Positions 18,727 through 28,593 are shown, numbered from the stretch's first letter. The stretch: 64,000 bases of DNA from Burkholderiales bacterium UBA4657 (GCA_002405475.1 DHLX01000023.1:41221-105220), one strand, 5' to 3'. Translations and numbers: made by a program. Notes: generated by a model from the sequence alone, not told the origin.

Positions 18727-19341
18727 TTATGGTCTGCGTGTGAATATCTGCTCGACAAAGAGCTGCTCTGGCTGCGCCGGGTACTTGATATAGATGCGTA
18801 AAACATTGCGATTCAGATCTGAAATCTCGAACACGAATCGAAGCGCACGTTTGCGACCTGTTGGAGTTGGGCCGAAGCCAGCCTCTGTACTCTCACCACG
18901 CAACTCAAATTTTTGTGGAGAGCCCAAGGTATGACCTTGATACCACATTTGACCTGGCTCGAATGTGTCAATAGTCGACAACTCCCAACGTTCATCCAGA
19001 TTGTTATAGCTGAGGGTCGCCAATCGGGTGGCAGGATTACCAGCAAATAGCCCTTGCAGCTCTTCACGAAGATAGCGTCCACCCAGAATGAATTCGCGCT
19101 TGGCAGTCAGATCCTTCGAGATAATGGGAGGCTGATCGGGAGCAGTAAAAACACGCATTTCTACGTTCCATTGCCCGACCAGTGGCTCCAGCCAACGATG
19201 GGCTTCTCCGGGCAAAGCGAGGCGAGCACTCGCTGGCAGGATGGGTGCCGATGTTGACCCAGGCTGAGCAATGGCCTGTGTAGTTGTAGCAATAAAAACT
19301 GTGGCATAAAGTACTGCTGTGATGAATCGAACTGTTTTCAT
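18727..19341 (-). CDS. secreted DUF1579-like protein
   Basis: Start chosen at MKTVRFITAVLYATVFIATTTQAIAQ (signal peptide). The core ...FILGGRYLREE...LSYNNLDERWELSTIDTF... resembles DUF1579. The longer track ORF to 19518 overlaps the neighbouring pseudogene tail. Confidence 0.5.
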   Translation of the reverse strand: MKTVRFITAVLYATVFIATTTQAIAQPGSTSAPILPASARLALPGEAHRWLEPLVGQWNVEMRVFTAPDQPPIISKDLTAKREFILGGRYLREELQGLFAGNPATRLATLSYNNLDERWELSTIDTFEPGQMWYQGHTLGSPQKFELRGESTEAGFGPTPTGRKRALRFVFEISDLNRNVLRIYIKYPAQPEQLFVEQIFTRRP

Positions 19342-19393
19342 GTGATGATCCTTCTTTGATTTGATCGGCTTGAAGTGACAATGAAGCTTTTTT

Positions 19394-20041
19394 CTACTTA
19401 GGTGCCAATGGTCGAGGGTCATTGGTCTTGTTATTAAAATCAAACTGGGTACGCAACGTAGCGGCGTTAGCACCGGAATTCCAAAAATCTGTGCCAACCT
19501 CAAATCGTGTGGCCTCATTCAGGGGCCCGACAATGACCGGTTAGAATCCCGCATCACGCACTAATTGAGCTGCCAGATTCAACGCTGCTTCGTTATCACT
19601 CGCCAGTGGTATACCGGGTGCATTCGGGCCTGTGCCTGTCGTGTTGCGCAGCTGCTGAAAGTAAACGGTATTGAAGGCTTTTACGACGACTGCGCCCGGC
19701 AGTTGTTGTGCTACCCACTGACCCGATCCAGTCCCTGCAGCTTCAATCTCGCGCGCCGCTTCTGGTTCACGCTGCGCAAAGGGGTTGGTGGCATCAAGCA
19801 CTATCTTGCCCATCAGAGCTGTTCCGGCTGTGGCCGCGACATCTGGCGTAGCTCCGAGCGGCACGGCCAGCAACAGTACCTCTGCCCAGGAAACTGCCTC
19901 GGCTACTGTCTGGCTAAGCCCGTCGCGAATCTTTACACGCTCCGGATGACGGGTTCCGAACCGCACCTCGTGTCCCGAGCGTATCCAGATCGAACCCAGG
20001 GTAGCACCTATCATTCCTGCACCGATTACACCGATTCTCAT
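19394..20041 (-). pseudogene. COG2085-type NAD(P)-binding (NADPH-dependent F420-reductase-like) oxidoreductase interrupted by an in-frame TAA
   Basis: MRIGVIGAGMIGATLG Rossmann start. The ORF stops at ...LVRDAGF-TAA (19541-19543). The same frame continues PVIVGPLNEATRFEVGTDFWNSGANAATLRTQF... to a TAG at 19394-19396, giving a family-typical length of about 215 aa. Confidence 0.65.
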
Positions 20042-20272
20042 GGTCAGTTCCTTGAAGATTAACGCTAATTAGTAGTGATGGACTGGACAACATCCAAGAT
20101 CGTAGTCTGAGCCTGGGCGCGATCAGTGCAGCCGATCGTGCCGGTAATCTCAATTATGGATTGATGCATGAGTCACTCCTGTGAACCAAAAATTTTGTAA
20201 TAGTCAGGATTATCGGAGTTCAATTGCTGTACGATAAGTATCAAATAAGGAATATTTGTTTCAACTTTCATT

Positions 20273-21199
20273 ATGGATAAACTCAGCGCTCTGGAAATGC
20301 TGCTAAAAGCTGCCGAATCAGGCAGCTTCTCCGTGGCCGCACGGGAGTTGGGTCTGACACCCGCTGCAGTCAGCAAACAGGTCGGTAAGCTCGAGCGTAG
20401 CCTGGGTAAGGCCTTAGTCAGACGTAGCACGCGGCACATTGGATTAACCGATGCTGGACGTTTACTGCTGCAAACGATTGCGCCAGCACTGAATGTGGTA
20501 CAGCAGGCCTTGTCTGAAATGCAGTCCAACGAGACAGCATACTCTGGCTCATTACGGGTCAGCATGGCACCGGGATTTGGTCGCAATTTTGTAATGCCAG
20601 TACTTGGTACCTGGCTTGCGCAACATCCATCGTTGAAATTTGATGGACATTTTGATAACCGACCAGTGAATCTGATTGCCCAGGGCTTCGATGTCGCAGT
20701 CTCGGGTGGACTAGAACTGCCAGGGGGTCTGATCGCGCGTGAGTTAGCCCCGCTACACTTGGTGCTGGTGGCGACCCCAGTTTATTTAGCCAATTTTGGT
20801 GAGCCTGATACGCCTGGAGATCTTCACAAGCATATTCTTCTGGCGTTGCGCTCGCCTTCAACGGGCCGGCCGCGCCCCTGGCATCTGATCGGTGAGCACG
20901 ACATACTATTCGAGCCACCTGCTCGCCACCTGCTCAACGATCCCGAGGCTCTGGCTATGGCGGCTGAACTGAGCTGGGGCATCGGTCTTGTGGGTCTGCC
21001 TCACGTACATAAGGCGCTGGCTACCGGCACCTTGCGCCGGGTATTGCCACGATACTGGGCAGATGCTGGCAGTATCCGTGTCTATCACGCGCATAACCGG
21101 TTGGTTCCGCCCAAGGTGAGAGATTTTGTGGATCTGTTAGTGGCGACCTCACGCTCTGAGGATTGGCATAAGGTTCTCAACGGACGATCAGTTCGTTAA
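20273..21199 (+). CDS. LysR-family transcriptional regulator
   Basis: N-terminal wHTH (FSVAARELGLTPAAVSKQVGKLERSLG) plus a LysR substrate-binding domain. Divergent from the reductase gene. Confidence 0.9.
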   Translation: MDKLSALEMLLKAAESGSFSVAARELGLTPAAVSKQVGKLERSLGKALVRRSTRHIGLTDAGRLLLQTIAPALNVVQQALSEMQSNETAYSGSLRVSMAPGFGRNFVMPVLGTWLAQHPSLKFDGHFDNRPVNLIAQGFDVAVSGGLELPGGLIARELAPLHLVLVATPVYLANFGEPDTPGDLHKHILLALRSPSTGRPRPWHLIGEHDILFEPPARHLLNDPEALAMAAELSWGIGLVGLPHVHKALATGTLRRVLPRYWADAGSIRVYHAHNRLVPPKVRDFVDLLVATSRSEDWHKVLNGRSVR

Positions 21200-21457
21200 A
21201 GTGTGGGTTCTAACCAGAAAAGACTCCAGTCTGATTTTGGGCATAAAAAGCCATATTGTCCCTACTAGGCGGACTTTTTAATTAACGGCGACGTGAGAAG
21301 TTTTCTATCGATGGGTGGTAGTGGCTTGCCCATTTTTTCGGTACCGTCATGTGTCGAAGTTCAAGACCTAAAAATTAGCGGCGGAGCAAGTAAGTGCGCA
21401 GTCATACGGGTTTATTCATGCTGCTGACCCATGTGGTAACGATACCGCGCTTTCTTA

Positions 21458-21694
21458 TATCTGAATAAAGCTGTCGTGCTGATCAAAAATTTGGTCGGAA
21501 AAAATCCATTCGAATCGTTCAAGATGGATAGTGCCATACAGATAAGAACTACGATTATTTTTACTAATTTTCCAGAGATAACCGCGATTATGGATATTTG
21601 TCTGGGCCCGCTGGATTTGCTCTGCGCTGGGTATTTGTAGCGATGGGGGGGCTGGTTTTAGCCTAGCTATTGCGGGGCAGACGTGCTCGCTGGT
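21458..21694 (-). pseudogene. start-less fragment of a TraB/GumN-family gene
   Basis: 79-codon open frame with no start codon. It encodes ...NRGYLWKISKNNRSSYLYGTIHLERFEW..., matching the family hallmark (LLWK....G..SYLFGTIH). The frame is closed by TGA upstream and TAA downstream, and the remainder is not recoverable. Confidence 0.4.
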
Positions 21695-21786
21695 TCAATA
21701 GGAGTATGGCAATAATTCTGACACTATCGGTTTTACTCGCCTGGAGGTGAGGATTGTTTTTCCAGGAAACTACTACGTTTTTACGC

Positions 21787-21993
21787 CTACATTTGTACTT
21801 CCTCGTATTCGACAGCCTTGAATTCATGACATGAAGCCAGCGCTGCCGAGCCGTCATGAAAATGGTAAATCGTGACACCATTTTGAGCTGTTTCAAGTAA
21901 ATCCGAGAGTTGTTCGGCGTAACGCAGAACTAGTGTCTGATCCAGAAACTCTAGTAGTCTTTGCAAATTTTGGGCAGTGTTTAATGTAGTCAT
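21787..21993 (-). CDS. small acidic hypothetical protein (68 aa)
   Basis: ATG preceded by GGAGAC at about 7 nt. No recognisable motif. Sits in an AT-rich, gene-poor stretch. Confidence 0.35.
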   Translation of the reverse strand: MTTLNTAQNLQRLLEFLDQTLVLRYAEQLSDLLETAQNGVTIYHFHDGSAALASCHEFKAVEYEEVQM

Positions 21994-22388
21994 TTTTTGT
22001 CTCCAAGGCTATGCAGTCTAGTGATAACCATTAATAAATATGGCTTTGAATAGCACCATAGAAACCAGTCTTTTTTTTAAATGGTGTTCAATCAGATCAA
22101 GACCAATATCCAGGAGATGGGAAATGAATGAAAGGTTTTTGGCACATACTTCCTCAGTACATGATTATGCTTTTTTCCCCATCTGTAATTGATGGGTGTG
22201 GTGGGTTAGGTCTGGCGGCATAAACGGGTGAAACAGCAATATGGCACGATTTGGATTATGTTAGCGGTACGAAGGCAGGAATTTAGTGCAATTGCAGAGA
22301 TGTGGTGTCTGTTATGCGTTGCGAAGCATGCTATTGCGCTTTATGACGCGACAAGCTACCCGAAACACGGATCTGGAGTCTAGAAAGC

Positions 22389-23288
22389 ATGACTGGTCTG
22401 GAAAAAATTGAGCCCTTGGCGGAAGATTTTTTGTCGTCATTATGGATAGAAGATGGACTGGCCAAAAATACGCTATCAGCCTATCGTGCCGATCTTGAGG
22501 CATTTATTCAATGGCTGAAAAAGAGTAACGTTGGATTGTTGTCGGTACAACAGAGCGATGTTTCTGCCTATTTGGCTGTCAGGCATGCAGCAAGCAAGGC
22601 TACTTCAGCCAATCGCCGTTTGACCGTACTCAGACGCTTCTATCGCTGGGCGCTGCGTGAACAACATATGCAGCATGACCCAACCGTCAATATTGAATCA
22701 GCGAAGCAGCCCTTGCGCTTTCCCAAAACCTTGAGCGAAGTGCAGGTTGAGGCTCTATTGGCGGCACCAGACGTGGCAACACCCTTGGGTCTACGTGATC
22801 GTGCCATGCTTGAATTACTTTATGCTACTGGCCTGAGAGTATCGGAGCTGGTACAGATCCAGTGTTATGCAATCGGCTGGAACGAGGGTGTGTTGCGCGT
22901 CGTTGGCAAGGGCAACAAGGAGCGACTGGTACCATTTGGTGAAGTGGCGCTCGACTGGCTCAGGCGCTATATGCACGAGTCTCGTACTGCATTATTAAAA
23001 CGGCAAGTCTCGGATGCCTTGTTCGTTACCGCACGGGGTGACGCCATGACGCGTCAAATGTTCTGGGTCTTGATTAAAAAGCACGCATTGTCTGCTGGCA
23101 TTGGCATCCCACTATCGCCGCATACCTTGCGTCATGCTTTCGCCACCCATCTGCTCAACCACGGTGCCGACTTGCGTGTAGTACAACTATTGTTAGGCCA
23201 TGCCGACATAGGCACCACCCAGATTTATACCCACGTGGCGCGTGAGCGCCTGAAGCAATTGCACGAAAGGCACCATCCGCGTGGTTAA
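22389..23288 (+). CDS. xerD: tyrosine recombinase XerD
   Basis: 299 aa. N-terminal LWIEDGLAKNTLSAYRADLEAF. Catalytic-region motifs ATGLRVSEL, HTLRHAFATHLL and LLGHADIGTTQIYTHV. Confidence 0.9.
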   Translation: MTGLEKIEPLAEDFLSSLWIEDGLAKNTLSAYRADLEAFIQWLKKSNVGLLSVQQSDVSAYLAVRHAASKATSANRRLTVLRRFYRWALREQHMQHDPTVNIESAKQPLRFPKTLSEVQVEALLAAPDVATPLGLRDRAMLELLYATGLRVSELVQIQCYAIGWNEGVLRVVGKGNKERLVPFGEVALDWLRRYMHESRTALLKRQVSDALFVTARGDAMTRQMFWVLIKKHALSAGIGIPLSPHTLRHAFATHLLNHGADLRVVQLLLGHADIGTTQIYTHVARERLKQLHERHHPRG

Positions 23289-24403
23289 GGGGCTAACTCT
23301 CGCCGCAAGTACTCGTGGAAGTGCTGCATGCCATCTTCAAACGGCGATTGGTAGGGGCCGACTTCAGAAACTCCGCGCCGGTACAATTGCAGACGACCGC
23401 GATCCATACGTTCTGCAATTTCGTCGTCCTCGACCGCAGTCTCCATGTAGGCGGCCTGTTCCGCTGCTATGAATTCAGGTTCGAAATCAACAATTTCTTC
23501 CGGGTAATAAAACTCGACCGTGTTCAGAGTCTTACCCGTGCCTTGCGGGAACAGGGTTGAAATACACAACACACCGGGATACCATTCCAGCATCATATTG
23601 GGGTATAGCGTCATCCAGATGGCACCCAATTCAGGCAGGGACTTGCCGCTATCGGCATACCATTGTTTGCAGACCTGATGCCAGCGTTCATACACTTTCG
23701 AGCCGGGTTTGCTCAAAGTATCTTTCAGCCCTACGGTTTGTACCGAGTAGTTGCTGCCGAATTCCCATTCCAGATTACCGCAATTGACAAACTGGCCCAG
23801 CCCAGGGTGGAACGGCACAACGTGGTAGTCTTCCAGATAGACCTCGATGAAGGTTTTCCAGTTGTAATGACATTCATGCCGCTCGATACGATGTAGTTTG
23901 TAGCCACTAAAATCGAAATACGGGGCAAACTTGCTTTGACTGACCTGATCCAGAAGCTGCCGGCTGCCGGCAGTATCTTCAAACAGCAGCCCATTCCATT
24001 GCGTCAAAGGAAATTTTTGCAGGTGTAGGCACGGTTTTTGTTCAAAATGGGGTGCGCCTACTAACTCGCCTTGCAGGTTGTAGGTCCAGCGATGCAGCGG
24101 GCAGACAATATTCTTTCCGGTGCTGCCGCGCCCCTCGAGCATAATGGCTTGACGGTGCCGACAAACGTTACTGATCAGTTCCACGCCATTTTCATTATGC
24201 ACCAGCGCGCGGCCGCTATCTTCTTGTGGCAGGGCATAGTAGTCGCCGGACTCTGGCACCCATAATTCATGCCCGATATAACGCGGTCCTTGGGCGAACA
24301 GACGCTCCAGCTCATGCTGATAGCGGTTTTGGTCGAAATACCAATCGACAGGTAACTGGCTCGCAGGGCGAGCGATTTGAACACGGCTGCCAATGTCTGA
24401 CAT
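23285..24403 (-). CDS. Rieske [2Fe-2S] oxygenase, alpha-subunit-like
   Basis: CRHRQ...CPLHRW Rieske motif. C-terminal catalytic-domain-like EVYLEDYHVVPFHP. Confidence 0.8.
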   Translation of the reverse strand: MSDIGSRVQIARPASQLPVDWYFDQNRYQHELERLFAQGPRYIGHELWVPESGDYYALPQEDSGRALVHNENGVELISNVCRHRQAIMLEGRGSTGKNIVCPLHRWTYNLQGELVGAPHFEQKPCLHLQKFPLTQWNGLLFEDTAGSRQLLDQVSQSKFAPYFDFSGYKLHRIERHECHYNWKTFIEVYLEDYHVVPFHPGLGQFVNCGNLEWEFGSNYSVQTVGLKDTLSKPGSKVYERWHQVCKQWYADSGKSLPELGAIWMTLYPNMMLEWYPGVLCISTLFPQGTGKTLNTVEFYYPEEIVDFEPEFIAAEQAAYMETAVEDDEIAERMDRGRLQLYRRGVSEVGPYQSPFEDGMQHFHEYLRRELAP

Positions 24404-24630
24404 GGCCCCAACCCTTTCCTGGAATTGAAGTCACAACAAAAATTAACGCCCCCGTAACTGCATTCGGAAACACCAACGAAACACGAAGCAACCAAACAGG
24501 GCAACCGGGCCGACATACAACACCGACGGCCAAAGCGAAACGCGATTGTACCCAAAACCGGGTCGGTAGGGGGCGCGGATAGCCTACAATTCACCTAAAT
24601 CTTGTAATGAATTGCAGCAAAGGAAATGGC

Positions 24631-24864
24631 ATGAGCAAGCGCCAGGCAGAAACCGCACCCGGGTTCGAGCAGGCTTTGACCGAACTGGAAAAAATTGTAA
24701 CTTCGATGGAAAACCAGACGCTGCCGCTGGATCAGTCAGTAGCTGCTTACCAACGTGGGGCCGAACTGATCAAGGTCTGTCAGCAGCATCTGGCTATAGC
24801 CAGGGAGAAGCTGCAACTTGTTGATGCCCTGGGTGAACTCAAGTCGGTGGATCTGGACAATTGA
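24631..24864 (+). CDS. xseB: exodeoxyribonuclease VII small subunit
   Basis: About 77 aa. FEQALTELEKIVTSMEN..LPLDQSVAAYQRGAELIKVCQ is typical XseB. First gene of the conserved xseB-ispA-dxs arrangement. Confidence 0.9.
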   Translation: MSKRQAETAPGFEQALTELEKIVTSMENQTLPLDQSVAAYQRGAELIKVCQQHLAIAREKLQLVDALGELKSVDLDN

Positions 24865-25727
24865 ATTTCGAACAATGGATGCGTGCTTGTGCGACACGCA
24901 CGGAAGCTGCACTGGAACAGACACTGCCGTCAGAACGGGTGGAGCCAGCGCGTCTGCACCGCGCGATGCGTTATGCGGTCTTGCAGGGTGGCAAGCGCAT
25001 GAGACCGCTACTGGTCTATGCCGCCGGAGAAGCGGTAGGCGCGGCCGAGGCGGTTTTGACTCAAGCGGCGGTCGCAGTTGAATGCATACATGCCTATTCC
25101 CTGGTACATGACGACATGCCCGACATGGATAATGACACCCTCAGGCGCGGCAAGCCAACAGTCTGGGTTGAATTTGACGCTGCGACCGCACTGCTGGTCG
25201 GCGATGCCTTGCAGTCACTGGCGTTTGCCACCGTATGCCAGACCGGCCAACTGGCCCTGGTGCAGGAACTGGCCGAGGCCAGTGGTTCATTGGGCATGGC
25301 GGGGGGGCAGGCAATTGATCTGGCCAGCGTCGGCCAAACCTTGTCACGACCAGAACTGGAACACATGCATCGGCTCAAGACGGGCGCTTTATTACGTTGC
25401 AGCGTGCGCCTGGGAGCATGGTTGGGCAGAGCTTTGACGCATGAGGAAAAAATGGCGTTTGACCAATATGCCAATGCCATGGGGCTGGCGTTTCAGGTGG
25501 TCGATGATGTGCTGGATGCCGAAGCAGATACCGCCACCCTCGGTAAAACGGCGGGTAAAGATGCTGCCGCCGACAAACCCACCTATGTTTCATTGTTGGG
25601 ATTGTCAGAGTCCAAAGCTCTGGCGCAGACCCTGCGGCATGAGGCACTGAGCGCATTGAAAAAAATTAACAGCGACACATCGCGTCTGGCTAACCTGGCC
25701 GACCTGATAGTGCTGCGGCAACATTAG
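24861..25727 (+). CDS. ispA: farnesyl diphosphate synthase
   Basis: [13 protein letters not shown] (first DDxxD region) and FQVVDDVLD (second). TTG start overlaps the xseB stop. Confidence 0.9.
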   Translation: MNFEQWMRACATRTEAALEQTLPSERVEPARLHRAMRYAVLQGGKRMRPLLVYAAGEAVGAAEAVLTQAAVAVECIHAYSLVHDDMPDMDNDTLRRGKPTVWVEFDAATALLVGDALQSLAFATVCQTGQLALVQELAEASGSLGMAGGQAIDLASVGQTLSRPELEHMHRLKTGALLRCSVRLGAWLGRALTHEEKMAFDQYANAMGLAFQVVDDVLDAEADTATLGKTAGKDAAADKPTYVSLLGLSESKALAQTLRHEALSALKKINSDTSRLANLADLIVLRQH

Positions 25728-25746
25728 CCAGCAAGGAATAGCAGGT

Positions 25747-27600
25747 ATGGAGTTACAGAAAACCATTCATTCACCGGCAGATTTACGCCTGCTGGCACCG
25801 GGGCAACTCAAACCACTGGCGCAAGAATTACGCGCTTTTGTGCTGGATTCGGTATCGAAGACCGGTGGGCATCTATCGTCGAACCTGGGTACGGTAGAAC
25901 TGACGATAGCCTTGCACTATGTGTTCAATACCCCTGATGATCGTATCGTCTGGGACGTGGGACACCAGACCTACCCGCATAAAATTCTGACCGGTCGGCG
26001 TGAAGCTATGGCTACCCTGCGGCAGTATGGCGGTATTTCCGGTTTTCCACGGCGTAGCGAAAGTGAATACGATACGTTTGGTACCGCGCATTCCAGTACC
26101 AGCATTAGTGCTGCCCTGGGCATGGCAGTGGCCTCGCGCAACAAGGGCGAGCACCAGCGCCAGCATATTGCTGTCATAGGCGACGGAGCCATGAGCGCCG
26201 GCATGGCGTTTGAGGCGATGAACAATGCGGGCGTCACGCACGATATCAATATGCTGGTGATATTGAACGATAACGAAATGTCTATCAGCCCACCAGTGGG
26301 AGCTTTACATCGCTATCTGACCAAATTGATGAGTGGCAATTTTTATGCGGCAGCGCGCAGTGCCGCCGATAAACTGCTCAAACCACTGCCACCACTGCAT
26401 GAATTTGCCAAACGCTTCGAAGAGCACACCAAGGGTATGCTGGGTCCGGGTACTATTTTTGAAGAATTCGGGTTCAATTATCTAGGCCCGATTGATGGTC
26501 ACGATTTAGATACCTTGACCTCGACCCTGCGCAATATCAAACAGCGCGGCGGGCTGCAATTTTTGCACGTAGTCACTAAAAAAGGCGCGGGTTACAAGCT
26601 GGCCGAAGCCGATCCGGTGCTGTATCACGGCCCGGGTAAGTTTGACCCGGCTCAAGGTATCGTTAAACCAAGTACCCCGGGAAAAATCACCTACACCCAG
26701 GTGTTTGGCGACTGGGTCTGCGACATGGCGGCGCACGACACACGCCTGGTCGCCATTACCCCGGCCATGCGTGAAGGCTCGGGTCTGGTCAAGTTTGAGC
26801 AGCATTATCCGCAACGTTATTTTGATGTTGGCATTGCCGAACAACATGCCATTACTTTTGCGGCAGGTTTGGCCTGCGAAGGACTGAAACCCGTCGTTGC
26901 CATCTATTCCACCTTCCTGCAGCGCGGTTACGACCAGTTGATACACGATGTCGCATTACAAGATCTGGATGTGACTTTAGCGCTCGACCGTGCCGGTATT
27001 GTCGGTGCCGATGGCGCCACCCATATGGGCGCGTTTGATATTGCTTTTCTGCGTTGCCTGCCCAATGTTGCAGTGCTGACACCTGCCGACGAAAACGAGT
27101 GCCGGCAATTACTGACAACGGCCTACCAGCACGAAGGCACCGCCGCAGTGCGCTACCCGCGTGGCAGTGGCCCGGGTACGCCGCTGCAGAGTGGCCTGGC
27201 TACACTGCCCTGGGGCAAAGGTGAAATTCGCCGTCAGGGTAAAAAACTGGCACTGCTGGCGTTTGGCACCGTACTGCAGGCAGCGTTACAAGCGGGCGAG
27301 GTACTGGGTGCGACGGTCGCCAACATGCGTTTTGTCAAACCACTGGACACCGATTTACTGACCCAGCTGGCGCAGTCGCATGATTATCTGGTGACAATAG
27401 AAGAAGGTGTCGTCATGGGCGGTGCGGGTAGCGCGGTACTGGAATATCTCAGTCAGGCCGGTATGAACACGCCGGTTTTGACGCTGGGCTTGCCTGATGA
27501 ATTTGTCGATCATGGTGATCAGGTCTTGCTGATGAAGCAGCTTGGGCTTGATGCTGCTGGTATTCAGGCGGCCATTGAAGCCAAGTGGGTTCATATATAG
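25747..27600 (+). CDS. dxs: 1-deoxy-D-xylulose-5-phosphate synthase
   Basis: 617 aa. [31 protein letters not shown] and [15 protein letters not shown] motifs. Confidence 0.95.
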   Translation: MELQKTIHSPADLRLLAPGQLKPLAQELRAFVLDSVSKTGGHLSSNLGTVELTIALHYVFNTPDDRIVWDVGHQTYPHKILTGRREAMATLRQYGGISGFPRRSESEYDTFGTAHSSTSISAALGMAVASRNKGEHQRQHIAVIGDGAMSAGMAFEAMNNAGVTHDINMLVILNDNEMSISPPVGALHRYLTKLMSGNFYAAARSAADKLLKPLPPLHEFAKRFEEHTKGMLGPGTIFEEFGFNYLGPIDGHDLDTLTSTLRNIKQRGGLQFLHVVTKKGAGYKLAEADPVLYHGPGKFDPAQGIVKPSTPGKITYTQVFGDWVCDMAAHDTRLVAITPAMREGSGLVKFEQHYPQRYFDVGIAEQHAITFAAGLACEGLKPVVAIYSTFLQRGYDQLIHDVALQDLDVTLALDRAGIVGADGATHMGAFDIAFLRCLPNVAVLTPADENECRQLLTTAYQHEGTAAVRYPRGSGPGTPLQSGLATLPWGKGEIRRQGKKLALLAFGTVLQAALQAGEVLGATVANMRFVKPLDTDLLTQLAQSHDYLVTIEEGVVMGGAGSAVLEYLSQAGMNTPVLTLGLPDEFVDHGDQVLLMKQLGLDAAGIQAAIEAKWVHI

Positions 27601-27615
27601 TTGGGCGGCATCTCT

Positions 27616-28500
27616 ATGCTGAACACAATCGCACAGCTCCTTGACGCCATTCCCGCTTCCTTTTGGGGTGTCGTGGTTGGTTCATTCTGCTCAATTGCCG
27701 GTGTAGCAATTACCAACCGTGCGAGCGACAAGCGCCTGCGCGCTCAGTTCGAGCACGAGCGGGAATCGAAAACCAAGGACCGTGAAATGGCGCTGAGGAA
27801 AGAAGTGTTTCTTTCTGCCGCCGAGGCGGTCGCTTCCGGCATGAATAGCATCGGCCGATTTGCGAATCTCGACATACCCAACGACCAAATCACACAGCCG
27901 TATGTCGAAAAGGCACCAGCTATATCCAAGGTTCATGTCATCGCCAACATCGAGACAATCCTCCCGCTAGCTCAGTTTACTAGTCGCCTTGGGGCGCTGT
28001 ATTTAGAGCTATTTGCGAAACGGCATGAACTCATTAACGCGAGAAATGCAATAGCTCTCGTCGACAATCAAGTCGAGCAATTTGGAAAAGAACGTGACCG
28101 CATTCTGGAAATGATCAAGCAACACAATATTGAAGGGGTCGTCGATCAGCGCCGATGGGAAGTGCTGCAAGATAATTTTGCGTTCGAGCAAAACCGAATC
28201 AGCGACGGTCTGGCGCATCGTGCCCAGTTGGCCGCTGCTCTGCAACCGAAGCACCTCGAATTTATGCGTCAGTGCCTTTCGCATACCGAGCAATTGGGTG
28301 CGATGCTAATTCCGGTCCTAACCGCCGTACGTCGTGAGCTTGATCTGCCTCTCGATGAGGCGGCCTATCGGCAGGCTATGGTAGAGATCTATGCGCAACA
28401 ACAGCAAGCCATTGACGGGTTCATCCAAAAGTTCATGCTCAATGCCACCCAACCCATCATTCCACCGGACCTTGCGCATGAAGCCGCGCAAGGTCGGTGA
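27616..28500 (+). CDS. hypothetical membrane-anchored, mostly helical protein (orphan)
   Basis: ATG at 27616. One N-terminal TM (FWGVVVGSFCSIAGVAIT) followed by about 260 aa of charged helical sequence. I recognise no motif. Confidence 0.6.
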   Translation: MLNTIAQLLDAIPASFWGVVVGSFCSIAGVAITNRASDKRLRAQFEHERESKTKDREMALRKEVFLSAAEAVASGMNSIGRFANLDIPNDQITQPYVEKAPAISKVHVIANIETILPLAQFTSRLGALYLELFAKRHELINARNAIALVDNQVEQFGKERDRILEMIKQHNIEGVVDQRRWEVLQDNFAFEQNRISDGLAHRAQLAAALQPKHLEFMRQCLSHTEQLGAMLIPVLTAVRRELDLPLDEAAYRQAMVEIYAQQQQAIDGFIQKFMLNATQPIIPPDLAHEAAQGR

Positions 28501-28544
28501 ATTCAGACGTTGAGGCTGTAAAAAACACCCTCACCAGCTAACTT

Positions 28545-28568
28545 ATTGAGTCGGCAATTGAGTCGGCC
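28545..28568. repeat. 12-bp tandem duplication (ATTGAGTCGGCA / ATTGAGTCGGCC)
   Basis: Read directly in the intergenic region downstream of both convergent genes. Confidence 0.7.
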
Positions 28569-28593
28569 AAGCCTTCCGAAACCTATCACTTTC

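Noticed and set aside
18490-18806. Minus-strand ORFs of 68 and 87 aa
   Set aside because: They overlap the tRNA-Ser gene and its terminator, so they are not plausible coding sequence.
20210-20237. Inverted repeat TTATCG-N16-CGATAA as a LysR box
   Set aside because: The spacing does not fit the usual T-N11-A / ATC-N9-GAT LysR motif, and 6-bp arms are too short to be meaningful without conservation data.
22389-23288. Tyrosine recombinase as the integrase of a tRNA-Ser-linked island
   Set aside because: Its length (299 aa) and N-terminal and C-terminal motifs match housekeeping XerD rather than a phage or island integrase. I also found no tRNA-derived direct repeat next to it.
23285-23288. Convergent genes with overlapping stop codons (xerD/Rieske at TTAA; also 9931-9934 and 29981-29984)
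   Set aside because: The overlaps are real in the sequence. They are a common consequence of compact genomes, and I have no evidence of a functional role.
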